Shown here one piece after another: positions 45,101 through 52,837 of a DNA stretch of 64,000 bases. Under the pieces are notes generated by a model. It was not told the origin of the DNA. It ran no database searches and was given only the letters and a program-made list of their open reading frames with translations. The stretch covers positions 37,655 to 101,654 of the forward strand of contig JAIOIU010000102.1 in NCBI GenBank assembly GCA_019912425.1, given 5' to 3'. The translations under genes and the position numbers were made by a program. The DNA is from Candidatus Methylomirabilis tolerans (GTDB taxonomy: Bacteria; Methylomirabilota; Methylomirabilia; Methylomirabilales; Methylomirabilaceae). The stretch's first letter is position 1, and each line of letters opens with the position of its first letter.

Positions 45101-45526
45101 CGGGATCAGTCGTCCAACGTACAGCGTAAAGGCGGCTCCCAGGAGGGCTGACGGGGGAGAAAGGCGTTCAACAGCCGTTCGGATAGAGACAACCGTCAGG
45201 GGCAGCTCTTTCGTGGCAAGACCTGCCAGGCAGGCAATCCGCTGATACCGGGTCTCGGGGTCCTCATCACGTTCAGGTAAGAAGCCGACCGGACCGCGGA
45301 AGAAGACGCGCAGATCTTTCGCCAGCAGTTCGGCCTCGGCAGGCAAGGAGACCAACACCACGATGGGACGTTTCGCCTGACGAGCGATCTGAGAGAGAAT
45401 CAACGCCTTTGAGGTCCCGAAGAGACCGGTGAGATACAGTGCGTCGACCCCGTCGTCAAGCCGGGACACGATCTCCTGAATCTCAGGAATCAGGAGATCC
45501 TCTAACTGCTCTATCGATCGTATCAT
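42170..45526 (-). CDS. mfd: transcription-repair coupling factor Mfd
   Basis: 1118 aa. UvrB-homology N-terminus, CarD-like GDFVVHEDHGIGIY, helicase motifs GDVGYGKTEVA and DEEHRFGV, TRG motif, C-terminal D7. Confidence 0.95.
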   Translation of the reverse strand: MIRSIEQLEDLLIPEIQEIVSRLDDGVDALYLTGLFGTSKALILSQIARQAKRPIVVLVSLPAEAELLAKDLRVFFRGPVGFLPERDEDPETRYQRIACLAGLATKELPLTVVSIRTAVERLSPPSALLGAAFTLYVGRLIPRDELVGALEVGGYRRVNQVTDCGEYSLRGNLLDLFPPKSVLSRVEESDLPVRAEFFGDEILELRAFDPATQRSIRAVEQVSVLPVVEAPLTGEACQQALEESADLLQYVSPDAAWVLVDPAGLQAHAASLSQDASRPLPNPSPEYPLGAGEGRVGGILDWSDVEQRLSLRPRIFLEEFLQSNSLTEEAAIGFQVRTITAYRGRMMELTRDLEGWRRQGRRIHLVCRSEAQGRRLAEVLREHEVAASIGSGMALPSEITVITGELSGGFHLDEASLTYITETEIFGMRHLPPRRLRPKAVSALASYQDLAYGDFVVHEDHGIGIYKGLRQLTVGGIEGDYLLIIYADHAKLYVPTSKLHLVYRYAGADSAPPTLDRLGSASWTKAKERVRASVREMAQELLSLYAARQVVKGYALPSDTPWQREFEAGFPYEETPGQLRAIAEAKADMERDRPMDRLICGDVGYGKTEVAMRAAFKTVMGGKQVAVLVPTTVLALQHSRTFSERFGNFPIKIEMLSRFRSRKEQGDVLRGVREGIVDIVIGTHRLLQKDVHFRDLGLLVVDEEHRFGVAAKERMKQIRRQVNVLTLTATPIPRTLHMSMLGVRDISTIETPPEERLSIKTIVARFDQALIKEAIEQELDRRGQVFFVHNRVESIQSVARLIKRLVPRARLTVAHGELPEARLERIMCDFYGGKFDILLCTTIIESGLDVGTANTIIIDRADALGLAQLYQLRGRVGRDKHRAYAYLLVPEDAALSEVAKKRLQAIAELTELGAGFKVAAKDLEIRGAGNLLGSEQHGQIAAVGFDLYCRLIESTVRNLKGEAAAEPVEPSIRLEAEGYVPEAYVEDPNIRLQLYKRLAALSLPQEISAFREELVDRFGEPPHETERLLTAMTLRILARSLCIREVNITGKTIRFAFSEPPPLAPAKVAALLHKEGGRLRYIPGNTTRTGSDALEYTVNGRDNIATAQALLSQLQECR
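44633..44695. repeat. C/G-run inverted-repeat element inserted in-frame in mfd
   Basis: cccccccaccctgccctcccccgcacccagagggtactcgggggaagggttagggagagg. The arm ccctcccccg pairs with cgggggaaggg. Translated in mfd as LPNPSPEYPLGAGEGRVGG. Confidence 0.5.
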
Positions 45527-45531
45527 CGTAA

Positions 45532-45553
45532 GGTCAGCTCTCAGCCTTCGGCC
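45532..45553. repeat. TCAGC repeat family, short copy 5
   Basis: ggTCAGCtcTCAGCcttcggcc spans the gap between the mfd start and the upstream gene stop, and encodes the last residues (..KTAEG) of that gene. Confidence 0.45.
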
Positions 45554-46047
45554 GTTTTCGGAGGTGCCATCTCCATGATACGACGTATGATGCTGCTCGT
45601 GGAAGAGCCCTCCACTAACGGAATCGTGACGACTCGCCCACCACGCCTCTCGACCATCTCTCGACCGACGACCTCTTCCTTCGCCCAGTCGGCGCCCTTA
45701 ACCAACACATCCGGCTCAAGCGCGTCGATGGTGCAGCTTGGGTCTCGTTCCTCGAAGATGACGACGTAGTCAACCGAGGCCAGAGCCGCGAGCAACTCTG
45801 CCCGCTCATCCTGTGAGAGCACAGGCCGAGATCGGCCCTTGAGAAGCTGAACCGACACATCACTGTTCAGGCCAACGATCAACAGGTCGCCCAGCGCCCT
45901 CGCTTGCTGTAGCAAGCGGGTATGTCCTCGATGGAGGAGATCGAAACAACCATTGGTAAATACTACCCGCTCTCCCAGCGCCCGGCGCTGTTGGACGATG
46001 GTAGCCAGTTCGCAGAGCGATCTGATCTTGCCGGTGCCTACCGTCAT
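45541..46047 (-). CDS. D-glycero-beta-D-manno-heptose 1-phosphate adenylyltransferase (RfaE/HldE domain II type cytidylyltransferase-fold)
   Basis: ATG 46047 inside ORF 45541..46221, after ggaagg. VVFTNGCFDLLHRGHTRLL HxGH motif. VKGADW...GGRV...STSSII. Confidence 0.8.
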   Translation of the reverse strand: MTVGTGKIRSLCELATIVQQRRALGERVVFTNGCFDLLHRGHTRLLQQARALGDLLIVGLNSDVSVQLLKGRSRPVLSQDERAELLAALASVDYVVIFEERDPSCTIDALEPDVLVKGADWAKEEVVGREMVERRGGRVVTIPLVEGSSTSSIIRRIMEMAPPKTAEG

Positions 46048-46304
46048 TCCGCCTTCCCGGCCTTCCCTGGTACAAGGGAGAGCGATCCGCGCAGAGTGGC
46101 CTGTTCGATCAGTCGCCTCCCCTTTGCAGCATACGGAGCGGAGGTCATCAGCCGGATCTCTCCAAGCGGGCCGAAGGTAATCCCATGAAATCCGCCGACT
46201 CGCATAGAGCGGAGCCAACACGGAACACCATAACGTTGCAGATGCAACCGAAGGAGTTCCGCCTGCATCTCATCGTACGTGGCATAAATCATCTGTTCAT
46301 GCAT
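46044..46304 (-). CDS. small DUF2007-like protein, start uncertain
   Basis: ORF 46044..46415. Chosen start is ATG 46304 (MHEQMIYATYDEMQAELLRLHLQRYGVPCWL). The stop overlaps the downstream ATG. Confidence 0.4.
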   Translation of the reverse strand: MHEQMIYATYDEMQAELLRLHLQRYGVPCWLRSMRVGGFHGITFGPLGEIRLMTSAPYAAKGRRLIEQATLRGSLSLVPGKAGKAE

Positions 46305-46441
46305 CCGTGGCCTACCTGGCCCGACGGCGGCTCGATCGAACGACATGAGGTAAGGCGATTTCACGGTGGGGAGACCGGGCGACGGGTACGGATCGGTGCA
46401 GCAAAACAACCTCACAATTTCCGAGGAAACTCCTTAAACGA

Positions 46442-47176
46442 TTATTGTAAGACGAAATGAGCCCTCCGATTCCATTTCCAGGCCGACTCATCGTGACCTG
46501 GGGCGAAGGGTCGCTCCTTCCCGTAACTGATGATCTTGATCCTCTTGGTATCGATCCCGGCAGCCGCGAGGTAATTCGCCACCGACTTGGCGCGTTTCTG
46601 ACTGAGAGCGAGATTGTATTCCTGCGTCCCGCGCTCGTCGCAGTGGCCCTCGATGATGATCGAGGCGGTCGGATTTCTCGTCAACCATCGGATGTTCTCA
46701 TTCAGACTCTTTTTCATATCCGTCCGGATCGATCCTCTATCGTAGTCAAAAAAAATATCCTTCAGGGGTGATGCCTTCTCTGCTCCTCCTGCCTGCGCCG
46801 TTTCCGACTGTGGCATCACAGGAGGCAAGACCGCCTCAGCGGGGATCCTTGCCGCAGGGGCAGCAGCGGCCATCTTCGCTTTCAGTGCAGCAAAAGCAGC
46901 CTGGCACTTACTACGTATGCGGGCATCAGGATCGGCAAACGGATTGAACTCCGTGGCTTCATGAATAAACCAATCCAGGCAGGTTTCTGCAGCGGCGAAC
47001 TCCTCGGGCGCGCGCATCTCAGCCCCGGCGGTCTTCACCTCGGCAAGGGTGGCCTTCATGCCGTCTATATCAGGGCGATACGACGCGGTGGTCGCACACC
47101 CTGTGATGATCAGAGCCACCGATGCACAGATCAGCGCGAGCTGGAATACCCGGCCAGTCTTCAGATTCCTGTCCAT
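46442..47176 (-). CDS. pal: OmpA-domain peptidoglycan-associated lipoprotein (Pal-like) with DUF4398-like N-region
   Basis: 244 aa. Lipobox LIITGC. C-terminal IIIEGHCDERGTQEYNLALSQKRAKSVANYL OmpA_C signature. Confidence 0.8.
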   Translation of the reverse strand: MDRNLKTGRVFQLALICASVALIITGCATTASYRPDIDGMKATLAEVKTAGAEMRAPEEFAAAETCLDWFIHEATEFNPFADPDARIRSKCQAAFAALKAKMAAAAPAARIPAEAVLPPVMPQSETAQAGGAEKASPLKDIFFDYDRGSIRTDMKKSLNENIRWLTRNPTASIIIEGHCDERGTQEYNLALSQKRAKSVANYLAAAGIDTKRIKIISYGKERPFAPGHDESAWKWNRRAHFVLQ

Positions 47177-47210
47177 CTTCGGTCCCTCTCTCCTTAAGGC
47201 AGCTATCAGC

Positions 47211-47567
47211 CTATTTTCCGCGCTGTGCTATCGCCTTGGCCTCTTCTGCGGCCTTCCTGGCGATGCCTGCCGCCATTTCCGCCGTCGCCAGATCACGCTC
47301 AAACAGCTCCCGCTCCGCAAGAACGAGATATTCCTGCGCCCTGGCCATCTGGTAGCGGGCCGCTTTGATATTCGATGCACCCTTGGTCTTCGCCTCGGCA
47401 AGAGCCACTTGAGCAGCGGTTACAGCGGCGGGGGCAGTCCGCTCCCCGGCAACCCAATCGTAGGATTCCGACCTGAGATGCACCCCTGAGCAGCTCCAGA
47501 GTAATGTCACCACGCTAATCACGGTAAGTGCAAGGGGCTGCCGAACAGCCCGGCCGCTGATTCTCAT
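47211..47567 (-). CDS. DUF4398-like lipoprotein
   Basis: 118 aa. Signal plus LLWSCS lipobox-like. Helical AEAKTKGASNIKAARYQMARAQEYLVLAEREL. Confidence 0.55.
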   Translation of the reverse strand: MRISGRAVRQPLALTVISVVTLLWSCSGVHLRSESYDWVAGERTAPAAVTAAQVALAEAKTKGASNIKAARYQMARAQEYLVLAERELFERDLATAEMAAGIARKAAEEAKAIAQRGK

Positions 47568-47836
47568 CGCGTCCCTCCTGTGTTTCCTATACAGGGTAGG
47601 TGAAATCTGATGTGGGCGACAACGCAGTAACGGCGATACGCCTACCTATCGATAGGATAAACGCGCATCATCTATCACGGTCCACTTCACCAGTCACAAC
47701 CAACGTCTTTCTCAATATATAGATGGACCTTGCTGAAACGCCGCTATGCCCCGATCACCACGAGGCTTACGACACTGCAGACCGGCTCCGCAAGCATAGA
47801 CATCACGGGACGCCTTCCACGCAGACGCCATCTCGA

Positions 47837-49099
47837 TCACACGTCGCTCGCCGAAGATGAGAGTGGATCGGTAAACAGCCGGACGGCAAGCGAAGAGTCG
47901 CGACCGTTTCCTGTTCCCTCGGCCAGCCAGGAGCGCAATGGGCCGTAGACGAGTCGCGTATAGAAGGCGAGACCCAGACGGCTCAGGAGGAGCACTGTCG
48001 AGACCGCCGTCCAGACGGTCACCGCCACTAAGCCCCAATCCGGCCGGCCAAGCGCCAAACTGCCGGTCAGCAGGAGCAGATTGGGATTGCGCCGGGCCAT
48101 CACCAGCCTGAAGTAGGAATCAAAGGGTCGCCAGCAGAAGATACTGTACCGGCCGAGCCAATATTCAAACGTGCCCTCAACAAGGCGCCCGACAATATAG
48201 CCGATAAAGATCACCCACATCGCGAGATCCAGCGTGAGCGACGGTATGCCTGGATAGAACGACTCCAACCCGCGACCCCACAATAGGTACCAAAATGGTG
48301 GATGTATCAAATCCATGATGTGGTCGAAAAAGTGACCGAATCGGGTTGACGTCACCGTGACCCGAGCGAGCTTTCCGTCTACCGTATCCAGGAAGGTCAT
48401 GCACCATGCGGCAAGAAGTCCCCACCCATACAGACCGTTCGCAAAAAGGGCGCCGGCTGCGCAAACCAGCAGTACGCTGATCGACGTGACATGATTCGGC
48501 CGTAAACCGAGGGTCACACACAGGCGCGTGGCCCATCGAGCCGGGACAGGCCAAAACCATTTTGTCACCAGGTCGGTCACGCCTTTATAGGAGTTGGAAA
48601 ATAATCGCTCCTCCAACGCCCGTTTTGTCTCGATCCTGATCGATGCCACAAACGGCGGTGCCGATTTCAGCAACGACTTATGAAACGAGGATACGCGGTC
48701 CTCAAGTCGTTCTACCCGGACGGATGGAAGGGTATTCACGCTCCTCTCTCCGGAAAGAAGAGCGCAGGCCTCTCTAACCAAATTAGCGGCTACGTGAGCC
48801 GCAACTACCCGTCGAGACGGCCCTTCCGGTACCTCAAGGATGATATTCAACGAGGCAGCCAGATCATGGAGGACCCGGCCATCGAAGAGGTAATCCCCGC
48901 GAACGATAAGCACGGAGTCACTTGGTTTCACTAAGGAAAGATCATCCGCAATAGCCGTAACCCCTGCCTGTCTCAGCACGCGTCGGTAGCGCTCGCGAGA
49001 CGATAGCCTCCACAGCGTAACCGGGGCTTCTCCAAGTATATGGGCGTAAACAGTCATTATTCTCAGTCGGCGCGCTTCCAGAAAGTCGGGCGGTGCCAC
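47837..49099 (-). CDS. CDP-alcohol phosphatidyltransferase-family membrane enzyme with a degenerate N-terminal nucleotidyltransferase-like domain
   Basis: 420 aa. The exact family motif D-x2-D-G-x2-A-R-x8-G-x3-D-x3-D is present in LDTVDGKLARVTVTSTRFGHFFDHIMD. Several TM segments. The ~150-aa soluble N-terminus lacks a clear GxGxR loop. Confidence 0.8.
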   Translation of the reverse strand: MAPPDFLEARRLRIMTVYAHILGEAPVTLWRLSSRERYRRVLRQAGVTAIADDLSLVKPSDSVLIVRGDYLFDGRVLHDLAASLNIILEVPEGPSRRVVAAHVAANLVREACALLSGERSVNTLPSVRVERLEDRVSSFHKSLLKSAPPFVASIRIETKRALEERLFSNSYKGVTDLVTKWFWPVPARWATRLCVTLGLRPNHVTSISVLLVCAAGALFANGLYGWGLLAAWCMTFLDTVDGKLARVTVTSTRFGHFFDHIMDLIHPPFWYLLWGRGLESFYPGIPSLTLDLAMWVIFIGYIVGRLVEGTFEYWLGRYSIFCWRPFDSYFRLVMARRNPNLLLLTGSLALGRPDWGLVAVTVWTAVSTVLLLSRLGLAFYTRLVYGPLRSWLAEGTGNGRDSSLAVRLFTDPLSSSASDV

Positions 49100-49199
49100 C
49101 CGGTAGTTGCCCGGTGGCCCAGCGAAATGTTCATAAAGCCGGATAGGAAACGACTAGGTATACTACTATACACAGGTCGACTTCGTCAAGATCGTGCGC

Positions 49200-50972
49200 T
49201 TACCCGGGATTACCCTTGTGCGTGATTGGAACACAACTCGGATCATAGTCATTCATGACCAAGGAAACCTCACCGTGTCGAATGCGGTAGACCCTGTCGG
49301 CGGACTCCACCATGACAGGTTGATGCGAAATGGCCAGAATCGTCAGCCGATCCAGAAGACCGCGTAACGTACGGCATATCTCAGCCGCATTTTCCGGATC
49401 GAGCGCGCTGGTCACTTCATCCAGGATCAACAGTTTGGGCCGATGCACCAGCGCCCTGGCAATCGCAATGCGTTGTCGCTGGCCTCCTGACAACATCGAA
49501 CCGCGTTCCCCAACCGAACTATAGATCCCGGATGGTCGTGCCACAACAAACTCCCAGGCGCCTGCAGCGCGCAATGCGGCTTCAGCATCAGCCTCGCTCA
49601 GATCCGGATCGCCAAGCGTCACATTCTGCAGCACTGTGTCATGGAACAGGAAGGTTTCTTGCGGCACATATCCGATCATCCTCCGCCACTGCCTCAGATC
49701 AACACTGTCCAATGACAGGTCGTCGATCCGGACATGACCTTGCTGTGGGCGCAGCAGACCCGTAAACAGATCCGCTATCGTTGTTTTCCCTGCCCCAGAT
49801 GGTCCCATAATAGCAGTAAACGACCCTACTGGAACGACCAGTGACGCATTCCACAGTACCCAGTGTTTTCCATATCCAAAGTTGACTTTATCAAGGCAAA
49901 GGGCCTTCTCCAGGTGAGGGGCCAGGCCTCCTGGCTCTGTTTCACGATCGCGGTTCGCGCTGTCAATGGCCGCTTGCAACGACCAGAAGGCACTTTCCAG
50001 GGTTCGCATTTTCTGGTATTGCCGCTGCATCTTAGCTAGACAGGTCAGCAATCGAGCAAGAAGGAACACCATAACCATCACGATATTGAACGGCATCTGC
50101 CACCGGCTAAGGGCCACATATAACCCGACAGCGATAAGGACGGCTAACAGAATCTCCTGGGAGGAGCTGAGCAGCTCGGTGCTGAGTACTTCACGCTGAA
50201 ACGCCAGGTTTAATCGCTTGGCGTTGGACTTGAGGGGAGGGCCGATCAACTCTTCACGCGCCATTGCCTTGAGGGGTTTGATGGATTGAAGGCTATCAGT
50301 CAGGCCGGCGAGAAGGGATTTTAATAAATGGGTTTGGCGGCTTCCAGCTCGATGCGCCATGCGGATGAAACGGTTGAGTCCATAGAAGATCACGATTCCG
50401 GGAACCAGGATTCCCAGGGTTGTCTTCCCCGCAACAACGAAGGCCACACATGCATACACAATCGCCTCGATAAACAGGGTCGTACTCTTGGCGCCCTCAA
50501 GATACCCCATTGAGGCTCGCATCGCTTCAGTGCCTACGGCATTAGCGAAGCTTCCGACAGGTTGGCGTACGTAATACTCCCACCGAGCGGCCAGCAGAGC
50601 TTGGAGCAGCGAGAGTCGCAGTTCAGTGGCAACGTGTGTAACCGTATAGCCGACCTGGGTTTTGGCCAATAGAAGAAATACCCCTTTAGCGACCACACAG
50701 AGGACAATCACGACCAACAATGTACCGACTGTCGGCCTGAGTCCGACGACTGAAAGGGCTTGCGTCAGGATACGCTGCGCGCCGGATGGGATCACACCGG
50801 TTCCAAAGGTCTTTTCACCGGTCGCCATGCTCAGCATCGGAAGCAGAAAGAGGAGGCCGACCCCCTCCGCGATGCTGGCGAACAGCAGGCAGATCAGCGT
50901 AAGCGCGCTCCGTCGCGGATACATCCGAATGATGGTGCTTAAAAATCGCATAGCGCCACCCGACGACTTCAA
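49200..50972 (-). CDS. ABC exporter, fused permease-ATPase (MsbA/lipid-flippase type architecture)
   Basis: 590 aa. Six-TM N-terminal half. GPSGAGKTT, LSGGQRQRIAIARAL, LILDEVTSALD. Confidence 0.85.
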   Translation of the reverse strand: MKSSGGAMRFLSTIIRMYPRRSALTLICLLFASIAEGVGLLFLLPMLSMATGEKTFGTGVIPSGAQRILTQALSVVGLRPTVGTLLVVIVLCVVAKGVFLLLAKTQVGYTVTHVATELRLSLLQALLAARWEYYVRQPVGSFANAVGTEAMRASMGYLEGAKSTTLFIEAIVYACVAFVVAGKTTLGILVPGIVIFYGLNRFIRMAHRAGSRQTHLLKSLLAGLTDSLQSIKPLKAMAREELIGPPLKSNAKRLNLAFQREVLSTELLSSSQEILLAVLIAVGLYVALSRWQMPFNIVMVMVFLLARLLTCLAKMQRQYQKMRTLESAFWSLQAAIDSANRDRETEPGGLAPHLEKALCLDKVNFGYGKHWVLWNASLVVPVGSFTAIMGPSGAGKTTIADLFTGLLRPQQGHVRIDDLSLDSVDLRQWRRMIGYVPQETFLFHDTVLQNVTLGDPDLSEADAEAALRAAGAWEFVVARPSGIYSSVGERGSMLSGGQRQRIAIARALVHRPKLLILDEVTSALDPENAAEICRTLRGLLDRLTILAISHQPVMVESADRVYRIRHGEVSLVMNDYDPSCVPITHKGNPG

Positions 50973-51174
50973 ATAGGGTTGATCGCAGAGCAGGAACCTT
51001 GACGATGCTGGGGAATTCCACGTACAACTCGGTACGCTGGCCGGCTCAGATTATCCCTAATGTCCAGGCCCGCACCATTTGAGCTGATATGAGGGTACCA
51101 ACACCCAAAACGGATCGATCTACAGTTATTCGGCTATCTCCAAAGACGGAGGTTATGGAGGTAGTCGGGTTGGT

Positions 51175-52533
51175 TTATGCGAGCCGGACCTCGAAGATGT
51201 CCTCGTGTCGGCGCCTTACTTCTACCGGGCGCAAAGCCCCGGTGATCCTCCGCAACCGCTCCGCTCGCTCCTGAAGGGCCGAGACTTCCAGGCGCGGGAA
51301 ACGCTGCCGATTGTACTCCACGCTATGGCGAGGGCTGCCGGAGCGCTGTTTCCGACGCCGTTTGATGCTTCGTACTTCGGCCTTGATTATGCCGGAGAGG
51401 CGTAGCGGGATACGGGTAAGACCCGCATAGGGGGAGCGGCGTGGGAGGAGCTTGATCAACCGAGCCGAGGCCAGCCCGTTGTCGAACCCATAGATGAAGC
51501 GGTCGACAAGACGGCGGCGGGCGCCGCCCGGATCGGGGTCGAAATCAGGGTTGCGGATGGCCGCGATGACCTCATCGGCAGTACGACACCGCGGACCCAG
51601 TTCATTGGGGAATCGGAGTTCATGGCGTGGGTCCTCGATGGGAGTATAGGGTATGATGCGCGTGCCGAGGAGAAAACCCTCTACCGCGGTTGTACACCCG
51701 CACTGGATCAGGCAATTGGACGCTATGAGCCAGGGCACCACGTTCCCCTCATGGCGAACGGAGACGTTTGGATACGTCGCGAGGAGCGTTCGCCAGAAGT
51801 CGTGGTTCTCGGCGGGGTGGGGCCTCAGCACGATCCGCCGGTCGGGGAACGCCCGCGCGACCGCCGGGATGAGGGCCTGGAAGGCCTCGAACACCACCCG
51901 CTTGTAGTGGAAGAGCCCGCGGGCGAACTCGTCCGGCATCCCGAGAGACCAATGTCCACGCACCCATTCTCCGTTCTTCATATATAGGAGGTTCAGGGTC
52001 TCGTGATAGCCGTTGACGTGGTTGAAGTTCGTATTGAAGAGGATAAAGTCGCCGAATTCCCGACGCAGTTCGTCCACCCGATCCTGAAAGAGTGTGCGCA
52101 TCTCCGGTCGCAGAATATCCGCTCGCGGGTTACCGAGGACTCGGACTGCCTCCCGTCGGCAAGCGGGATGGCCATAGAAGAGGTCGCGGTTATCCTCGCC
52201 CCACGCCACAAGCAGGTCGATCAGATCGAAGGCGTCCTTCGCAATGCGACGAGCGTAATAGATATCCGGCGCGTAGTGAGCGACCGCCTCCTCATCCCAT
52301 GCGATGATGTAGTGGCCAATCCGCCGTATGATGTGCAGCATCTTCATGCTGGGCTCCGTCAGCGACTTGGCGATGTAGAGACTCGGGGGGAAACGGCCAA
52401 TCCGTTCGTGGATGCGCCATTTGGCGCCGATGATGCTCGTCCAGCCCTCTTGAGCGGCGAGAACAGCTACAAGCAGCTTGGCATCCAGCTCGCGAACCTG
52501 GTTCTCGACCGGAATGATTAAGAGCGGCTTCAT
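51175..52533 (-). CDS. uncharacterised surface-carbohydrate biosynthesis protein, candidate glycosyltransferase
   Basis: 452 aa, soluble. MKPLLIIPVENQVRELDAKLL... Two Rossmann-like halves by hydrophobic pattern, basic C-terminal tail. From memory it resembles families found beside NeuB genes, but no catalytic motif could be verified by eye. Confidence 0.4.
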   Translation of the reverse strand: MKPLLIIPVENQVRELDAKLLVAVLAAQEGWTSIIGAKWRIHERIGRFPPSLYIAKSLTEPSMKMLHIIRRIGHYIIAWDEEAVAHYAPDIYYARRIAKDAFDLIDLLVAWGEDNRDLFYGHPACRREAVRVLGNPRADILRPEMRTLFQDRVDELRREFGDFILFNTNFNHVNGYHETLNLLYMKNGEWVRGHWSLGMPDEFARGLFHYKRVVFEAFQALIPAVARAFPDRRIVLRPHPAENHDFWRTLLATYPNVSVRHEGNVVPWLIASNCLIQCGCTTAVEGFLLGTRIIPYTPIEDPRHELRFPNELGPRCRTADEVIAAIRNPDFDPDPGGARRRLVDRFIYGFDNGLASARLIKLLPRRSPYAGLTRIPLRLSGIIKAEVRSIKRRRKQRSGSPRHSVEYNRQRFPRLEVSALQERAERLRRITGALRPVEVRRRHEDIFEVRLA

Positions 52534-52837
52534 CTGCCGGCTTCCCTCCCGATGGCCTTCTCCTTGTTCATTCGGAATAACTCCTCGGGCATATTACGGC
52601 TTGTCCGTTCAAGAACGCATTGTTCGGCCAATCCGAGCAACAGTACACTGATCTGGCTTAAGCAGACGCTAGATCGAAGCCGAACGCTTGAATGGCGACC
52701 CAACTTTCTTCTGAATACGCCGTATGCTTTACCGTTTCTACGGTCTGTTGCGTAAAATTAGGCATTGCGGCACCTACCATCTCAACGAAGTGGGATCCCT
52801 AATTCGTGATGCACAATCTTCATCAGATATAGAGCCA

